A stretch of DNA of 63,988 nucleotides, filler included, from Candidatus Huberarchaeum crystalense (lineage in GTDB: Archaea; Huberarchaeota; Huberarchaeia; Huberarchaeales; Huberarchaeaceae), in NCBI GenBank assembly GCA_002790315.1. It is 5 parts of 5 records of this genome, joined end to end, with 100 filler letters (N's around TTAATTAATTAA, not from the genome) between each part and the next. Parts side by side here need not be neighbours in the genome. Positions count along the whole stretch, not along the records: positions 1 to 22,389 come from PFUW01000018.1; 4 more parts are not named here. The stretch is one strand, 5' to 3'. This document shows positions 1-10,064 of the stretch, piece after piece; the first letter of the stretch is position 1; every line of letters starts with the position of its first letter. The translations under genes were made by a program, and so were the position numbers. The notes beneath the pieces are model-generated. The model saw only the letters and a program-made list of their open reading frames with translations. It was not told where the DNA came from and did no database searches.

Positions 1-81
1 GCTGGGCGGGATTCAATCCGCAAAATCCTCTGGATTTTGCTCAAAGAAAGTTCGGATTTCGTCCAACAAACACCACTATTT

Positions 82-365
82 ATTAGTTGCTGCTGTTTTG
101 CTTTTTTGTAAAAAAGAGAATTAAAATAATATTTTTTTTCTCAGATTTATTGAGTTCAGAATACAACTCAAAAGCAAATTTATTATTAGCATTTACTATT
201 TCTTGGATTCCTTGTGGGGTTGAGCCAACTTCATTTAATTTTAGGGTTGTTTTAGTTCATAAAGAAAAAGAAACAATATTATTATAGCAATTAAAATAGC
301 AACTGTTAAAAATACTATTCTAAAATTTTTTTGTTTGTTTTTATTATATTATATTTATTTATCAT
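82..365 (-). pseudogene. Truncated, frameshifted serpin (I4 protease inhibitor) remnant
   Basis: Manual minus-strand translation gives a hydrophobic anchor ...AILIAIIILFLFLYELKQP*, then after a frameshift near 243 LNEVGSTPQGIQEIVNANNKFAFELYSELNKSEKKNII. This matches the serpin helix A region, and the frame ends at a premature stop. Confidence 0.7.
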
Positions 366-456
366 ATTATTATTTAAATTATAATTAAAAATTAAAAAAT
401 TTGATTTAGGATATAAAGAATAGTGCGCGCTTTGGAAAAACTTATCAATTATAATA

Positions 457-528
457 AATAAGGGTTTGGTTAGCAGCACTCACAAAATCATGCTTTTAAT
501 AGGATTTTGAAGATAAAAAGGGCTTAAT
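457..528 (+). repeat. Dispersed ~70-bp intergenic repeat, copy 1
   Basis: Near-identical to 13777-13846, with identical core CATGCTTTTAATAGGATTTTGAAGATAAAAA. Confidence 0.85.
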
Positions 529-759
529 GATGCGGAAAATGTGGAAAACAAAGAGATTTAAGAAAAATTAAGAAGATAAAAATTTTTATCTTTGAACTGT
601 AAGTCAATTAGCATATGGTTTTGCTTAAAAAAAGTTTTGACATTCTCTATCAAACAAAGTATTTGCGCGCTCCTTTTTTTTACTTTATTTTTTATTTATA
701 AAAATATATAACTTGTTTTTTTTTGTTTTTTCATTTTAAACCACATTACTAAATATATT

Positions 760-2901
760 ATGAAAAATACCTCCATTCTTTTTTTTTTGTCGCTTGCTCT
801 TGTTGTTTTGGTAGCATCTTTTGCAATTGTAAATGCCAATGAGCTTGAAATTACACTTGACGAAAAAATTAGTGTGCAAGCAGAAGGTGATGGAATGTAT
901 GTTGCATATTATAATGTGACAGGGGGTCAAGTTTCAATTATAATTAACAATTCTAATTCTGATTATATGTCTGGCGTATCTGACACCCAGCTTGCTGATA
1001 TTTGGGTACCTATCAATGATTCAAAAAGCACGCTTTTGTTTTCTACTTGCCGTGTAAATAATGCGAGCACAGCAACAACAGACGGAATTATTTCTAATAC
1101 GAGCAATTATCCGTGTGCAGCGCAAATATGTAAAATAGTTAGTGGCGGTTTATCTGATTGTTTTTGTCTTGGAGATGGAGCAGCGACAACTGTAAATAAA
1201 ATAGAAGTGCTTGATTATAATGAGCATTTAAATGGAACTTCTAATTATGATTATGTTATTCATATCAATCAACTTAATAGTAGCAAGCAAGCCACAATTC
1301 TTTGCAATCTCAACACAACAGCAATGCAAAACAATAATAATGTTGTTTTTTCTTTTGCAGAGACATACACTCCTGCTAAAATTATCAACCGCGGATGCAC
1401 AGATGTTAGTGTTGTTTTAAATGTTACAAACAATTATTCTTCATCTTGCAATATTTCAGCAACAATTCAAAAGAAATTAGCAACGCGCGGAACAGGAACT
1501 TCTTGGAGTAATTTAACATTTAATTCAGCAACTAGTGCGACTATAAACAACACTAATAATGGGGCTTCTGCTCAGTGGAATAATTTAATTTTTACACCAA
1601 GCCAAACCCAAACATTTAATTTTACAATAAGCGCCTGTCCAAATATGACTGCTAATACATCAAAACTTGAAATGGGGCGCGTGCATATTTCTTTTAGTTT
1701 AGCAAATAATTCTTGCGCAAACGAAACAAAAACAGGCCTAAAAATAGGCCATGTTTCAGCAGTTGGTTCTGGTAGAATTGAGCCGCAAAAAGGATATAAT
1801 GGAACAGATTGGAATGAAACATCAACTTTTTACAATACTGCAACTGATTTGAATTATACTGTTTACAGTATGCGGGTTTGGGCTACAAATGGAACAGTTC
1901 CTTCTGCAAGCCCTAATGATGTATCAATTTCTGGTAGTGAATGGGCAAATTGCTTGGCAACATCTCCTTCTTTTGTTACTAATGGTTCAAGTGTTGGCTG
2001 CAATGGTGTACAAAGCTTTAAATTTAATGGAACACCTGTTGTGTGGGCGCGACCACTATTTGAATTGTCTCAAGGTGGAAATCGTGGTTGGCAAACCTAT
2101 ATTCAATTTGGAAACAGCGAAAATGCAAGTTATGCTTTGGGTTCTGATTATATGTTTATTGAAAAAATATGGGTTGTAAATGATTATCTTATACGCACAG
2201 CAAAACGAGTTATCCCTATTTCTCAACCAGGTTGCTATAATATTTCAATAAATGTAACAAATATGGGGCCAAGCTGTTCGCCGTATGTTTATATATATGA
2301 TATTGTTCCGCGCAAATTTAATGAAAGTATTTCTAACTTAGTTGTATTTAAAGACGACAGTGCAGGGAATGGAGTTTTTAGTAATACTTGCGATAATATA
2401 GCAAAACCAGGCAACACAGTAACAAATGTATCGCAAGGATATTTGCTTTCATTTGCAGATTCATCTGCAAGCGAAACTTGGAGTTTAGTGAGTTGCACAA
2501 ATACTTTCAATAAATCTCAATACACAGGAAAGCAAACAATGAGCGGTAAGTATAATGGAACGGGCTATTATTGGAAATTATTCCCTCTTGCTGGCTCTGT
2601 AAGTGGTGGAGAGTGTGTAGATGGAAAGTATCAAAACCTTGAAAATATGAGTATTGAGCAAAGTGTAATGATAAGTTATACAACATGCGCAGATGAAAAT
2701 GCTACTTATTATGCAAGCGACTTGTTTATTATTGGTGTAGACCCTGCAAATGCTGAAGGCAACGCAGCACCCCCACTTTTAGCAGGAATGGGAATAATAA
2801 GTTCAAGTAGTTTATCTGAAATTCTTTTGATTTTAGCATTGGCTGCTATTTTTGGCATAATTATCTTTGTTTATAGAAGGAATCAAAAGAAAAATGAATA
2901 A
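760..2901 (+). CDS. Secreted, C-terminally anchored cell-surface glycoprotein (713 aa)
   Basis: N-terminal signal peptide, many N-x-S/T sequons, paired Cys, C-terminal TM helix followed by a basic tail. Confidence 0.8.
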   Translation: MKNTSILFFLSLALVVLVASFAIVNANELEITLDEKISVQAEGDGMYVAYYNVTGGQVSIIINNSNSDYMSGVSDTQLADIWVPINDSKSTLLFSTCRVNNASTATTDGIISNTSNYPCAAQICKIVSGGLSDCFCLGDGAATTVNKIEVLDYNEHLNGTSNYDYVIHINQLNSSKQATILCNLNTTAMQNNNNVVFSFAETYTPAKIINRGCTDVSVVLNVTNNYSSSCNISATIQKKLATRGTGTSWSNLTFNSATSATINNTNNGASAQWNNLIFTPSQTQTFNFTISACPNMTANTSKLEMGRVHISFSLANNSCANETKTGLKIGHVSAVGSGRIEPQKGYNGTDWNETSTFYNTATDLNYTVYSMRVWATNGTVPSASPNDVSISGSEWANCLATSPSFVTNGSSVGCNGVQSFKFNGTPVVWARPLFELSQGGNRGWQTYIQFGNSENASYALGSDYMFIEKIWVVNDYLIRTAKRVIPISQPGCYNISINVTNMGPSCSPYVYIYDIVPRKFNESISNLVVFKDDSAGNGVFSNTCDNIAKPGNTVTNVSQGYLLSFADSSASETWSLVSCTNTFNKSQYTGKQTMSGKYNGTGYYWKLFPLAGSVSGGECVDGKYQNLENMSIEQSVMISYTTCADENATYYASDLFIIGVDPANAEGNAAPPLLAGMGIISSSSLSEILLILALAAIFGIIIFVYRRNQKKNE

Positions 2902-3697
2902 ATCAATTTTATATTTATTTATTGCAACCTTTTTAACAGGAATATTACTAACCACAATCTCACCTATATATGGGCTTGATACTGATGATTCATCAGATAT
3001 TTATTTTGAACAACAAAATTATCTTATTAATTTGAATAAGAATAATGATAGTACTATCTCTCTTTTTACTACATTAAAGAACAATGGAAAAGATGCTCGC
3101 ATTTTTGGATATTTTACTTATTATTCAAACTTGCCTTTAAAAGATGTTGTATTAATTATAAATGGAGAACAAGCAGATGCGAAGAAATTGCGCGTAGAAA
3201 ATTCAATACTTACTTATGAGGGTTTATGGGAGCCATTGCCATCAGGACAAACATTAAATATATTTTTAACTCATTCTGTAGATTTTAATCCCAAAGGCAT
3301 TTTGTTTAAAGAAATTGAAATTATTCCCGGAAAATTTTATTTTAAGGATTTTTCTAACATATCTATAAAATTTGCCACGATAGCAATACAAACTCCAAAC
3401 AAAATAACATATAGCAATTATCCTAAATTTGAGATTAACTCAGCAGATGAGTATTCTGTTATTTGGCAAGATGATGGCTCTAATCGCCAATACATAGTTG
3501 AATATTCAGCAATTCCTTTTTTTAAAAATCATATTGTGCAGGGTTATTTTATTTTTTGGGTGTTTTTGTTTTTAGTTGCAGTAGGTGTGTTTTATATGTA
3601 TGAAAAAAAAGTGAGGCAAAAAGATTTTGTTGGTGTTGATCCTTTTATAGAAAAAAGTGCAGCCAAAAAGAAGAAAAAAAATAAACCAAGTAAGTAG
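2894..3697 (+). CDS. Secreted/membrane-anchored hypothetical protein
   Basis: Signal peptide MNKSILYLF..., C-terminal TM and Lys-rich tail; overlaps the upstream stop. Confidence 0.75.
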   Translation: MNKSILYLFIATFLTGILLTTISPIYGLDTDDSSDIYFEQQNYLINLNKNNDSTISLFTTLKNNGKDARIFGYFTYYSNLPLKDVVLIINGEQADAKKLRVENSILTYEGLWEPLPSGQTLNIFLTHSVDFNPKGILFKEIEIIPGKFYFKDFSNISIKFATIAIQTPNKITYSNYPKFEINSADEYSVIWQDDGSNRQYIVEYSAIPFFKNHIVQGYFIFWVFLFLVAVGVFYMYEKKVRQKDFVGVDPFIEKSAAKKKKKNKPSK

Positions 3698-3812
3698 AAA
3701 GAGAAAGCAAAGCAAAAAGTAAATATATTGTGTGTGTTAAACATATTAAATAAATTTTGGCTGAAAAAAACTTTAATTTTTTAAACTTTAACAAATATAA
3801 TAATTTTAGTTT

Positions 3813-3894
3813 TTATACATTAATTAGATTTAGTTATACATTAATTAGATTTAGTTATACATTAATTAGATTTAGTTATACATTAATTAGATTT
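3813..3894. repeat. Tandem repeat, 21-bp unit x~4
   Basis: TTATACATTAATTAGATTTAG repeated between convergent genes. Confidence 0.95.
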
Positions 3895-3938
3895 ACTCTA
3901 TGTTTTTCTAATTTGGAATATATTATTTAGTAAAATAA

Positions 3939-5801
3939 CTATTTTTTTGCTGTTTTTTTCTCATTTGTAGAATGTGGCGCGCCATCTTTAACCACAATCA
4001 TATAAGCAACTAAAAGAACAAAATAAGATATTAAAAAGTATAAAACTACACATAACATATTGCAAGTAGTAGGCAAAAGAGGAAGAATGGGTAAGCAAGC
4101 GATGATTGCGATTGCTAGCAAGATTCTCCAAGATTTTTTTTGTTTTACTGATAAAAGCACACAACCTAAAATTAAAAGTAAAATAACAAAAGGAAGAAAT
4201 TCAGATTTTATGATGCAAAATTGCGCGCAAAACGTTTTTTCTTGATATATATAATTAATCATTGTGCTGTATGCTGTCATTGATGTATAAATAGTATATT
4301 TTCCACTTTCGCTAAGTTCAAGATAATATATTCCATTTTCATTTGTTGTAATATTTTGTTTTTTTCCAGAAAGGAACATATAAGTTAAATTAAAAAAGGG
4401 CAAAGGTTCTCCATATTGGTCTTTGACAAAAATAATTAAAATTTTATCATCTTGCCGCAATGTAATATTTGGGATTATTGTTTGTTTTTGCAAGTACACA
4501 CTAAAATTTGCTTGGTTATAACAAGTTCTGTTTATACTTGGGGCAGTAATTGAGAAATTATAAATGCCGAGTTCATTAGCTAAAAATTGCAATGTTTTGT
4601 TTTGGTAATAATAATCTATAATTTTATTTCCTGATGGAAAGATTATTTCAACACGCGCATCGTATATTGGTTGGTTGTAAACATTAAAAATATTCAATGT
4701 TGAGTTTTTGAGATAGTTGATTTTTAGTTCATAATAGATAGTCTCATTTTTTAAACAAGATTTGTATTTTTGTCGGGAAACAGAATAATGCCTTTGCTTT
4801 AGCTTAACTTGAATTGTTGGCTCTTTTATTTTTCCAGTATAATTTACAAAAAAATTTTGATCAAAAATAATGCTAAATTTTGGCAAAGACCAAAACACAG
4901 GAACATAATTTACAGAGTAATTTACAATAGGAGAATTCCAACTTTGACCTGGATTTAAAATTGTGTTTGGTGTGAAAATAAAATATTGGTTGGCATTGCA
5001 AGGTTGAGAATTACAAATAGATGTTTCATTTCCTTCCCACAAACGAATTTCTGTTAAATTTATTTGGGTTTCTGAAGGATTTGAGAAAATTGCAGATGCT
5101 TTCCAAATGTCGCCCTCGCGCGATTTTTCAACAATATTTTCAGCAGTTGTTAATGCAGAACCAAAGTAATTTTCTGTGCTATTATGTGAAGAAAGTATTT
5201 CTATTTCAGCATCTGCAAGTTGATGTGATGGCAACTTATAGGAATTTTCAAAATAAGCATAAAATGTTGTTGATGCGCTTTTATTTAAAGTTTGTTTCCA
5301 AATTACTTGGTTTTCTGAAATATTTCCATTACTTTCTTTTATTTTTCCAGGCAATGTTTTTTTAAGTGTTAGGTTTATTGGTTTGTTTAATTTGTTTTGT
5401 ATTGTGATTGCTAAATTTATGCCTGTTTTTTCATTTTCAGTTACTTGTGAGGGAACTATGCTTTCAGAGATATGCAAAATGCTTTGCGATTTGTTTCCAA
5501 AAAACTGTTTTTTTTCGCCAGATTGCAATTCATTAATAAAAATAGGGCATATTATTGTGTTGTTTTGACTATCTTTCCAATTTACAGAAGCATCGCAAGA
5601 CAGATTTATGTTCCAAATGCGGCTATTAGTAGGGTTATATATTTCAAGAGTGATTTGTTTTTCTACAATATATCGGTTATTTTGCTCAACAATATTCCCT
5701 GATTCTACAATGTTTATTTGTGGATTTAGAGCGTGCGCCGATGTAAAAATTATTAAACTCAACAAACTGAAACTCAAAAATAGTGCAATATTGTTTTTCA
5801 T
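3939..5801 (-). CDS. Secreted surface protein with C-terminal TM helices (620 aa), likely paralog of 760-2901
   Basis: Signal peptide, ~3 C-terminal TMs, and motifs shared with the 713-aa protein (EIRLWEG/SMRVWAT; VPVFWSLPKF/TPVVWARPLF). Confidence 0.75.
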   Translation of the reverse strand: MKNNIALFLSFSLLSLIIFTSAHALNPQINIVESGNIVEQNNRYIVEKQITLEIYNPTNSRIWNINLSCDASVNWKDSQNNTIICPIFINELQSGEKKQFFGNKSQSILHISESIVPSQVTENEKTGINLAITIQNKLNKPINLTLKKTLPGKIKESNGNISENQVIWKQTLNKSASTTFYAYFENSYKLPSHQLADAEIEILSSHNSTENYFGSALTTAENIVEKSREGDIWKASAIFSNPSETQINLTEIRLWEGNETSICNSQPCNANQYFIFTPNTILNPGQSWNSPIVNYSVNYVPVFWSLPKFSIIFDQNFFVNYTGKIKEPTIQVKLKQRHYSVSRQKYKSCLKNETIYYELKINYLKNSTLNIFNVYNQPIYDARVEIIFPSGNKIIDYYYQNKTLQFLANELGIYNFSITAPSINRTCYNQANFSVYLQKQTIIPNITLRQDDKILIIFVKDQYGEPLPFFNLTYMFLSGKKQNITTNENGIYYLELSESGKYTIYTSMTAYSTMINYIYQEKTFCAQFCIIKSEFLPFVILLLILGCVLLSVKQKKSWRILLAIAIIACLPILPLLPTTCNMLCVVLYFLISYFVLLVAYMIVVKDGAPHSTNEKKTAKK

Positions 5802-5879
5802 ATACTATTTGTAAAAAATATTTATGCAATTACTCCACTTTGTTTCGTAATTTATAAATATTTTTCTTTAAAAATATTT

Positions 5880-7424
5880 ATGCTTAAAAAACCATTGCAA
5901 TTGCGCGCATATCAACAAAACATTTTGACAAATATTTTAAACAAAAATTCGCTTGTTATTTTACCAACAGGAACAGGAAAAACCTTTCTTGCTTTGGCTT
6001 TGGCAGTTGAAAAGTTAAAAACCCACCCAAATCAAAAAATTTTAATAATGGCTCCGTCAAAACCATTAGTGCACCAGCATTTTTTGACATTTGTTGAGTT
6101 TTTAGATGCTGAAATTGTTGAAATTACAGGTCAGGTTCCTGCTTTTAATAGAGAGAAAATATATGCACAAGCAGACATTATTATAGCCACACCGCAGACA
6201 ATTGAGAATGATCTTATTACTGGTCGCTTGGACTCTAATAATTTGTCGTTTGTTGTGTTTGACGAAGCGCATCATGCGGTTTCTAATTACAGTTATGTAT
6301 TTATTTCAAAGTTTTTTCAAACAAAGGATTCAAAACCGCAACATCTTGGACTTACTGCTTCTCCTGGTAGCAACCAAGAAAAAATTGATGAAATTATAAA
6401 CAATTTGTTTATCAAACACATAGAAATTAGAAGCGAGGAAGATAAAGATATGAGTTTGTATATAATGAAAAAACAAATAGAGTGGAGAAAAATAAATTTG
6501 CCGGAACAATTTTTGAGCATAAAAAAAGCACTAACTGTTGCTTCAAAAACTTTACAAAAGCAATTATATAACTTAGGTTTTTCTGTTGAAAATAACAGCA
6601 AACGAGACTTAATCTTGCTGCAAAACAAACTTCACAACCTTGTAGCAAATAGTGGTGAAAAAACAGTTTTTCGCGCACTATCTTTGCTTGCTGGACTTAT
6701 AAAAGTAGAATATGCAATTGAACTTTTAGAAACGCAAGGGATTAGCGCACTTTTAGGGTTTTTTGAGAAATTAAAAAAGCAAAAATCAAAAGCAGCAAAA
6801 TCGCTTTTATCTGATGAAAATTTTAAATTTGCTTGTGAAAAAGCACAATATTTATCAACAGAAAAGTTGGAACACCCAAAAATACCAGAGTTAGTGAAAA
6901 TTATTGAAGAAAACAAGAACAAGCAAATCATTATATTTTCGCAATACCGTTCTACTGTTGATGTGATTATTAACTCGATTTGCGCGGTTTGTGTTCCTGT
7001 TAAGCTTATCGGGCAAAAAGAAGGGATGACACAAAAACAACAACAAGCAGCAGTTGAGCGATTTAGGCAAGGAAAATCAAATGTGCTTGTTTGCACTTCT
7101 GTTGGCGAAGAAGGCTTAGATATTTTGGGGGTAGATATTGCTATTTTTTTTGAAGCAGTTCCGTCTGAAATCCGCGCAATTCAACGCGCAGGCAGAGTGG
7201 CGCGCCACAAAGTTGGCAAAATAATTATTTTCTTGGCAAAAGGAACGCGCGACGAGGTTTATTTTTGGAGCGCGCAATGGAAAAAAAAGCAAATGAAAAA
7301 AACAATAGATATTTTAAAAAATAACAACTTTGCTGATAAATCTTGGCAACCAGATAAAAATTCTTTTGCTGATAAATCTTCATCTTCAAGCAAAAGTCAT
7401 AAGAATCTTTTGGATTTTGAATAA
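5880..7424 (+). CDS. hef: Hef/FANCM-like SF2 DEAH helicase (helicase half only)
   Basis: LRAYQ, PTGTGKT, FDEAHHA, LTASPG, TSVGEEGLDI, QRAGRVAR motifs; no nuclease domain. Confidence 0.9.
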   Translation: MLKKPLQLRAYQQNILTNILNKNSLVILPTGTGKTFLALALAVEKLKTHPNQKILIMAPSKPLVHQHFLTFVEFLDAEIVEITGQVPAFNREKIYAQADIIIATPQTIENDLITGRLDSNNLSFVVFDEAHHAVSNYSYVFISKFFQTKDSKPQHLGLTASPGSNQEKIDEIINNLFIKHIEIRSEEDKDMSLYIMKKQIEWRKINLPEQFLSIKKALTVASKTLQKQLYNLGFSVENNSKRDLILLQNKLHNLVANSGEKTVFRALSLLAGLIKVEYAIELLETQGISALLGFFEKLKKQKSKAAKSLLSDENFKFACEKAQYLSTEKLEHPKIPELVKIIEENKNKQIIIFSQYRSTVDVIINSICAVCVPVKLIGQKEGMTQKQQQAAVERFRQGKSNVLVCTSVGEEGLDILGVDIAIFFEAVPSEIRAIQRAGRVARHKVGKIIIFLAKGTRDEVYFWSAQWKKKQMKKTIDILKNNNFADKSWQPDKNSFADKSSSSSKSHKNLLDFE

Positions 7425-7439
7425 GTGTAGGTATTAATA

Positions 7440-7610
7440 TGTTTAGTTTGAATAAGCAATAATTAATAGTGAAATGTTTAGATTTGTTAATAAGCAACAA
7501 TTAATAATAAAACATTTAGATTTGTTAATAAGCAACAATTAATAATAAAATATTTAGATTTGTTAATATAAAATACTTAGTGGTAAAATGTTTAGTTTGT
7601 TAATAAGCAT
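7440..7610. repeat. Imperfect tandem repeat, ~38-bp unit
   Basis: TTTAGATTTGTTAATAAGCAACAATTAATAATAAAA at 7477 and 7515, partial at 7553, with degenerate flanking copies. Confidence 0.85.
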
Positions 7611-7650
7611 TATGATAGGCGAAATAGAAATAAACAACATAATAAGTAAA

Positions 7651-8460
7651 ATGAAAAATAATGATTATGTTAAGACTTTCAAAAATATGATTAAACACAA
7701 CATCACAAACCAAGCCCAAAAACAAGAAGTAGCAGTGGCTTTTTCTGGCGGCGTTGATAGTTCTGTTTTATCAAAATTATTAAAGGATTTGGGTTATACA
7801 CAAACTTGCTATGTTGTTGGTGTAAGTGGTTGTAGTGATTTTAAGATAGCAGAATTGTCTTGCTGTGAGATAGGTATTAAATTAAAAAAAATAATTGTCT
7901 CTGAAAAAGAAATTAGTGATGCAGTTGAAATTTTGGGTAAAATTTTGAGCGCGCTCTATGAAAAGCATAAAGACGAATTTTTGCGTCCTACTCTACTTTC
8001 AATTTCTTATAATCTGCCTTTGTTTTTTGTTGCAAAATATGCTGTTGAAAATATTGTTTTTGTTGGTCAAGGACCTGACGAACTTCTTGGAGGTTATAGT
8101 CGCCACAGCAAAATGTTATTTGACGCAGCAGTTAAAGAAATAGCAAAAGATACAAACAATTTACACTTTGTTTTGCTTCAAAACAAAGCAATATTTGATT
8201 ATTTTGATAAGAAGTGCGCGCTTCCCTATATAAGCACAGAAATTGCAGATTTTTGCCTTGATTTGTTGTTTGAACTCAAAATAAATAACAAAACCAACAA
8301 ATACCTTTTAAGGTTGCTGGCAAAACATCTTAGATTGAGCAATGAAATTGCTTTTAGGAAAAAGAAAGCGAGCCAATATGGATCAGGAATGTGGAAAATT
8401 GTAAACAAACATCTTAAAAATAGTTCTGCTTTTGTATGTTTTTTGTTAGCTTGTGGATAA
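7651..8460 (+). CDS. Asparagine synthase C-terminal-like PP-loop ATPase (no glutaminase domain)
   Basis: AFSGGVDSS, GQGPDELLGGY, RKKKASQYGSG motifs; start uncertain (7588/7612/7651). Confidence 0.8.
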   Translation: MKNNDYVKTFKNMIKHNITNQAQKQEVAVAFSGGVDSSVLSKLLKDLGYTQTCYVVGVSGCSDFKIAELSCCEIGIKLKKIIVSEKEISDAVEILGKILSALYEKHKDEFLRPTLLSISYNLPLFFVAKYAVENIVFVGQGPDELLGGYSRHSKMLFDAAVKEIAKDTNNLHFVLLQNKAIFDYFDKKCALPYISTEIADFCLDLLFELKINNKTNKYLLRLLAKHLRLSNEIAFRKKKASQYGSGMWKIVNKHLKNSSAFVCFLLACG

Positions 8461-8475
8461 ATCTTCAAAAATTAT

Positions 8476-9120
8476 ATGTCTGTTCCTGAATTTATTCCAA
8501 AAATAATTATAGATTCGCGCGAATTTCATTCGCTTGTTACGCGCGAACTTGCTTTACTTGGCGCGAAAATTGAAATGAAGCCTTTAGATGTTGGTGATTA
8601 TGTTGTTTCTTGCGATGTTGTTGTAGAAAGAAAAGAAATAGGAGATTTTATTTTATCTATTTTAGACAACCGCCTGTTTGAGCAACTAGCGAATTTAAGG
8701 AAAGCAGAGTCACCAATTTTACTCATAGAGGGAACAAATTCTACACACAATCTTGGCCCAAATGCATTTTTTGGAGCATTAGCATCTGTGGCTGTTGATT
8801 TTAAAATTCCAATATTGTGGATGAAAAATAGTAATGAAAGCGCGCGCTTTTTGTTTCAGCTTGCCAAACGCGAGCAGTTTGATTTAAAAAAAGAAGTAGT
8901 AGTCAGGTGTCAAAAGAAAATATCAACAATTCAAGATACGCAAGAGTTTTTTATCGCTGGTTTGCCTAATATAAATACTGTGTTGGCGCGTCGACTTCTT
9001 AAAAAATTTAAAACACCTAAAAAAATTGTTGTTGCTTCCAATGAAAAACTTCAAAAAGTTGAAGGGATTGGCAAGAAAAAAGCAGAACAGATAAGAGAGG
9101 TTTTAGATAAATGCTATTAA
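8476..9120 (+). CDS. ERCC4/XPF nuclease with HhH2 domain (nuclease half of Hef)
   Basis: IIDSRE, GDY..VERK..DF nuclease motif, GLPNI and VEGIGKKKA helix-hairpin-helix. Confidence 0.9.
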   Translation: MSVPEFIPKIIIDSREFHSLVTRELALLGAKIEMKPLDVGDYVVSCDVVVERKEIGDFILSILDNRLFEQLANLRKAESPILLIEGTNSTHNLGPNAFFGALASVAVDFKIPILWMKNSNESARFLFQLAKREQFDLKKEVVVRCQKKISTIQDTQEFFIAGLPNINTVLARRLLKKFKTPKKIVVASNEKLQKVEGIGKKKAEQIREVLDKCY

Positions 9121-9172
9121 ATATGTAGAAAGTAAAACGTTTTGAAAGTTTTGATCCAATAAAAACATACCA

Positions 9173-9281
9173 TAACAAAATAGTTTATAATTATAATATT
9201 ACCAAATTAATATATTTCCCTAACAAAATAGTTTATAATTATAATATTACCAAATTAATATATTCCCCAACAAAATAGTTT
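9173..9281. repeat. 48-bp tandem duplication ending at the start codon of the next gene
   Basis: TAACAAAATAGTTTATAATTATAATATTACCAAATTAATATAT.. at 9173 and 9221; a third partial copy runs into ATG 9282. Confidence 0.9.
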
Positions 9282-9875
9282 ATGACTAAAACAGCGTTAG
9301 ACTATGTCAAAACATATTTTACTTATGCTATAATTGTATTTATTTTAATGCTTTTGATTAAGCAGATTATCACAACATCTTTTCCAACAATATCATTTAT
9401 TCCTATTGATAATACTCCAACACCAACAGCAGAAATTCAGATGCAGGAATTAAAGAAGCAAATAGCAGCCCATAAGCAGTTAACTTTTGCGCGCGCAGTT
9501 GAAAATACTATTTTTGATTTTAAGGATTATTTATTTTCTCAAGTGATGTATAGCTTAAAAATTGAAAGCAATAAACAGCTTGTGTTTTTTTACGGAAGAA
9601 TTCCTGTGTGCGAAGGTGATAAAGTAGTTTATAGGGGAGCTAATTTAATATATGATTTTGATGAAAAAAAGCCAAAATACCTTGAAATTTTTAATTCTCG
9701 AGTTGAATTTGGTTGTAATATTCACTTTGCCATAGAACAAGCAGACATTATTGCTAGTGAAGTTAAATCCAAATGCCTTGCTTTTGATCCTGAGCCGATG
9801 TGGATGTTTGTATGTGGAAATAAAACCTTTTTAGTAGATGTTAAGACCTGCCAGTTAAAACCTTCTGTTGATTAG
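9282..9875 (+). CDS. Hypothetical protein with N-terminal TM anchor
   Basis: 197-aa ORF with one TM segment and several Cys. Confidence 0.7.
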   Translation: MTKTALDYVKTYFTYAIIVFILMLLIKQIITTSFPTISFIPIDNTPTPTAEIQMQELKKQIAAHKQLTFARAVENTIFDFKDYLFSQVMYSLKIESNKQLVFFYGRIPVCEGDKVVYRGANLIYDFDEKKPKYLEIFNSRVEFGCNIHFAIEQADIIASEVKSKCLAFDPEPMWMFVCGNKTFLVDVKTCQLKPSVD

Positions 9876-10064
9876 TGTATATTTAGTAGATGTTAAGACC
9901 TGCCAGTTAAAATCTACTGTCTCTTAGTAAATAGATTTATGAATAAAACTATAAAAAACAAGCTAAAATTATAAACAATATATTTTTCTATTGTGTTTCT
10001 TTATAAAATATATAAAAGTTGTTTCAAACTTTTTATATTATTTTTAACTTTGTTAAAATATCTT

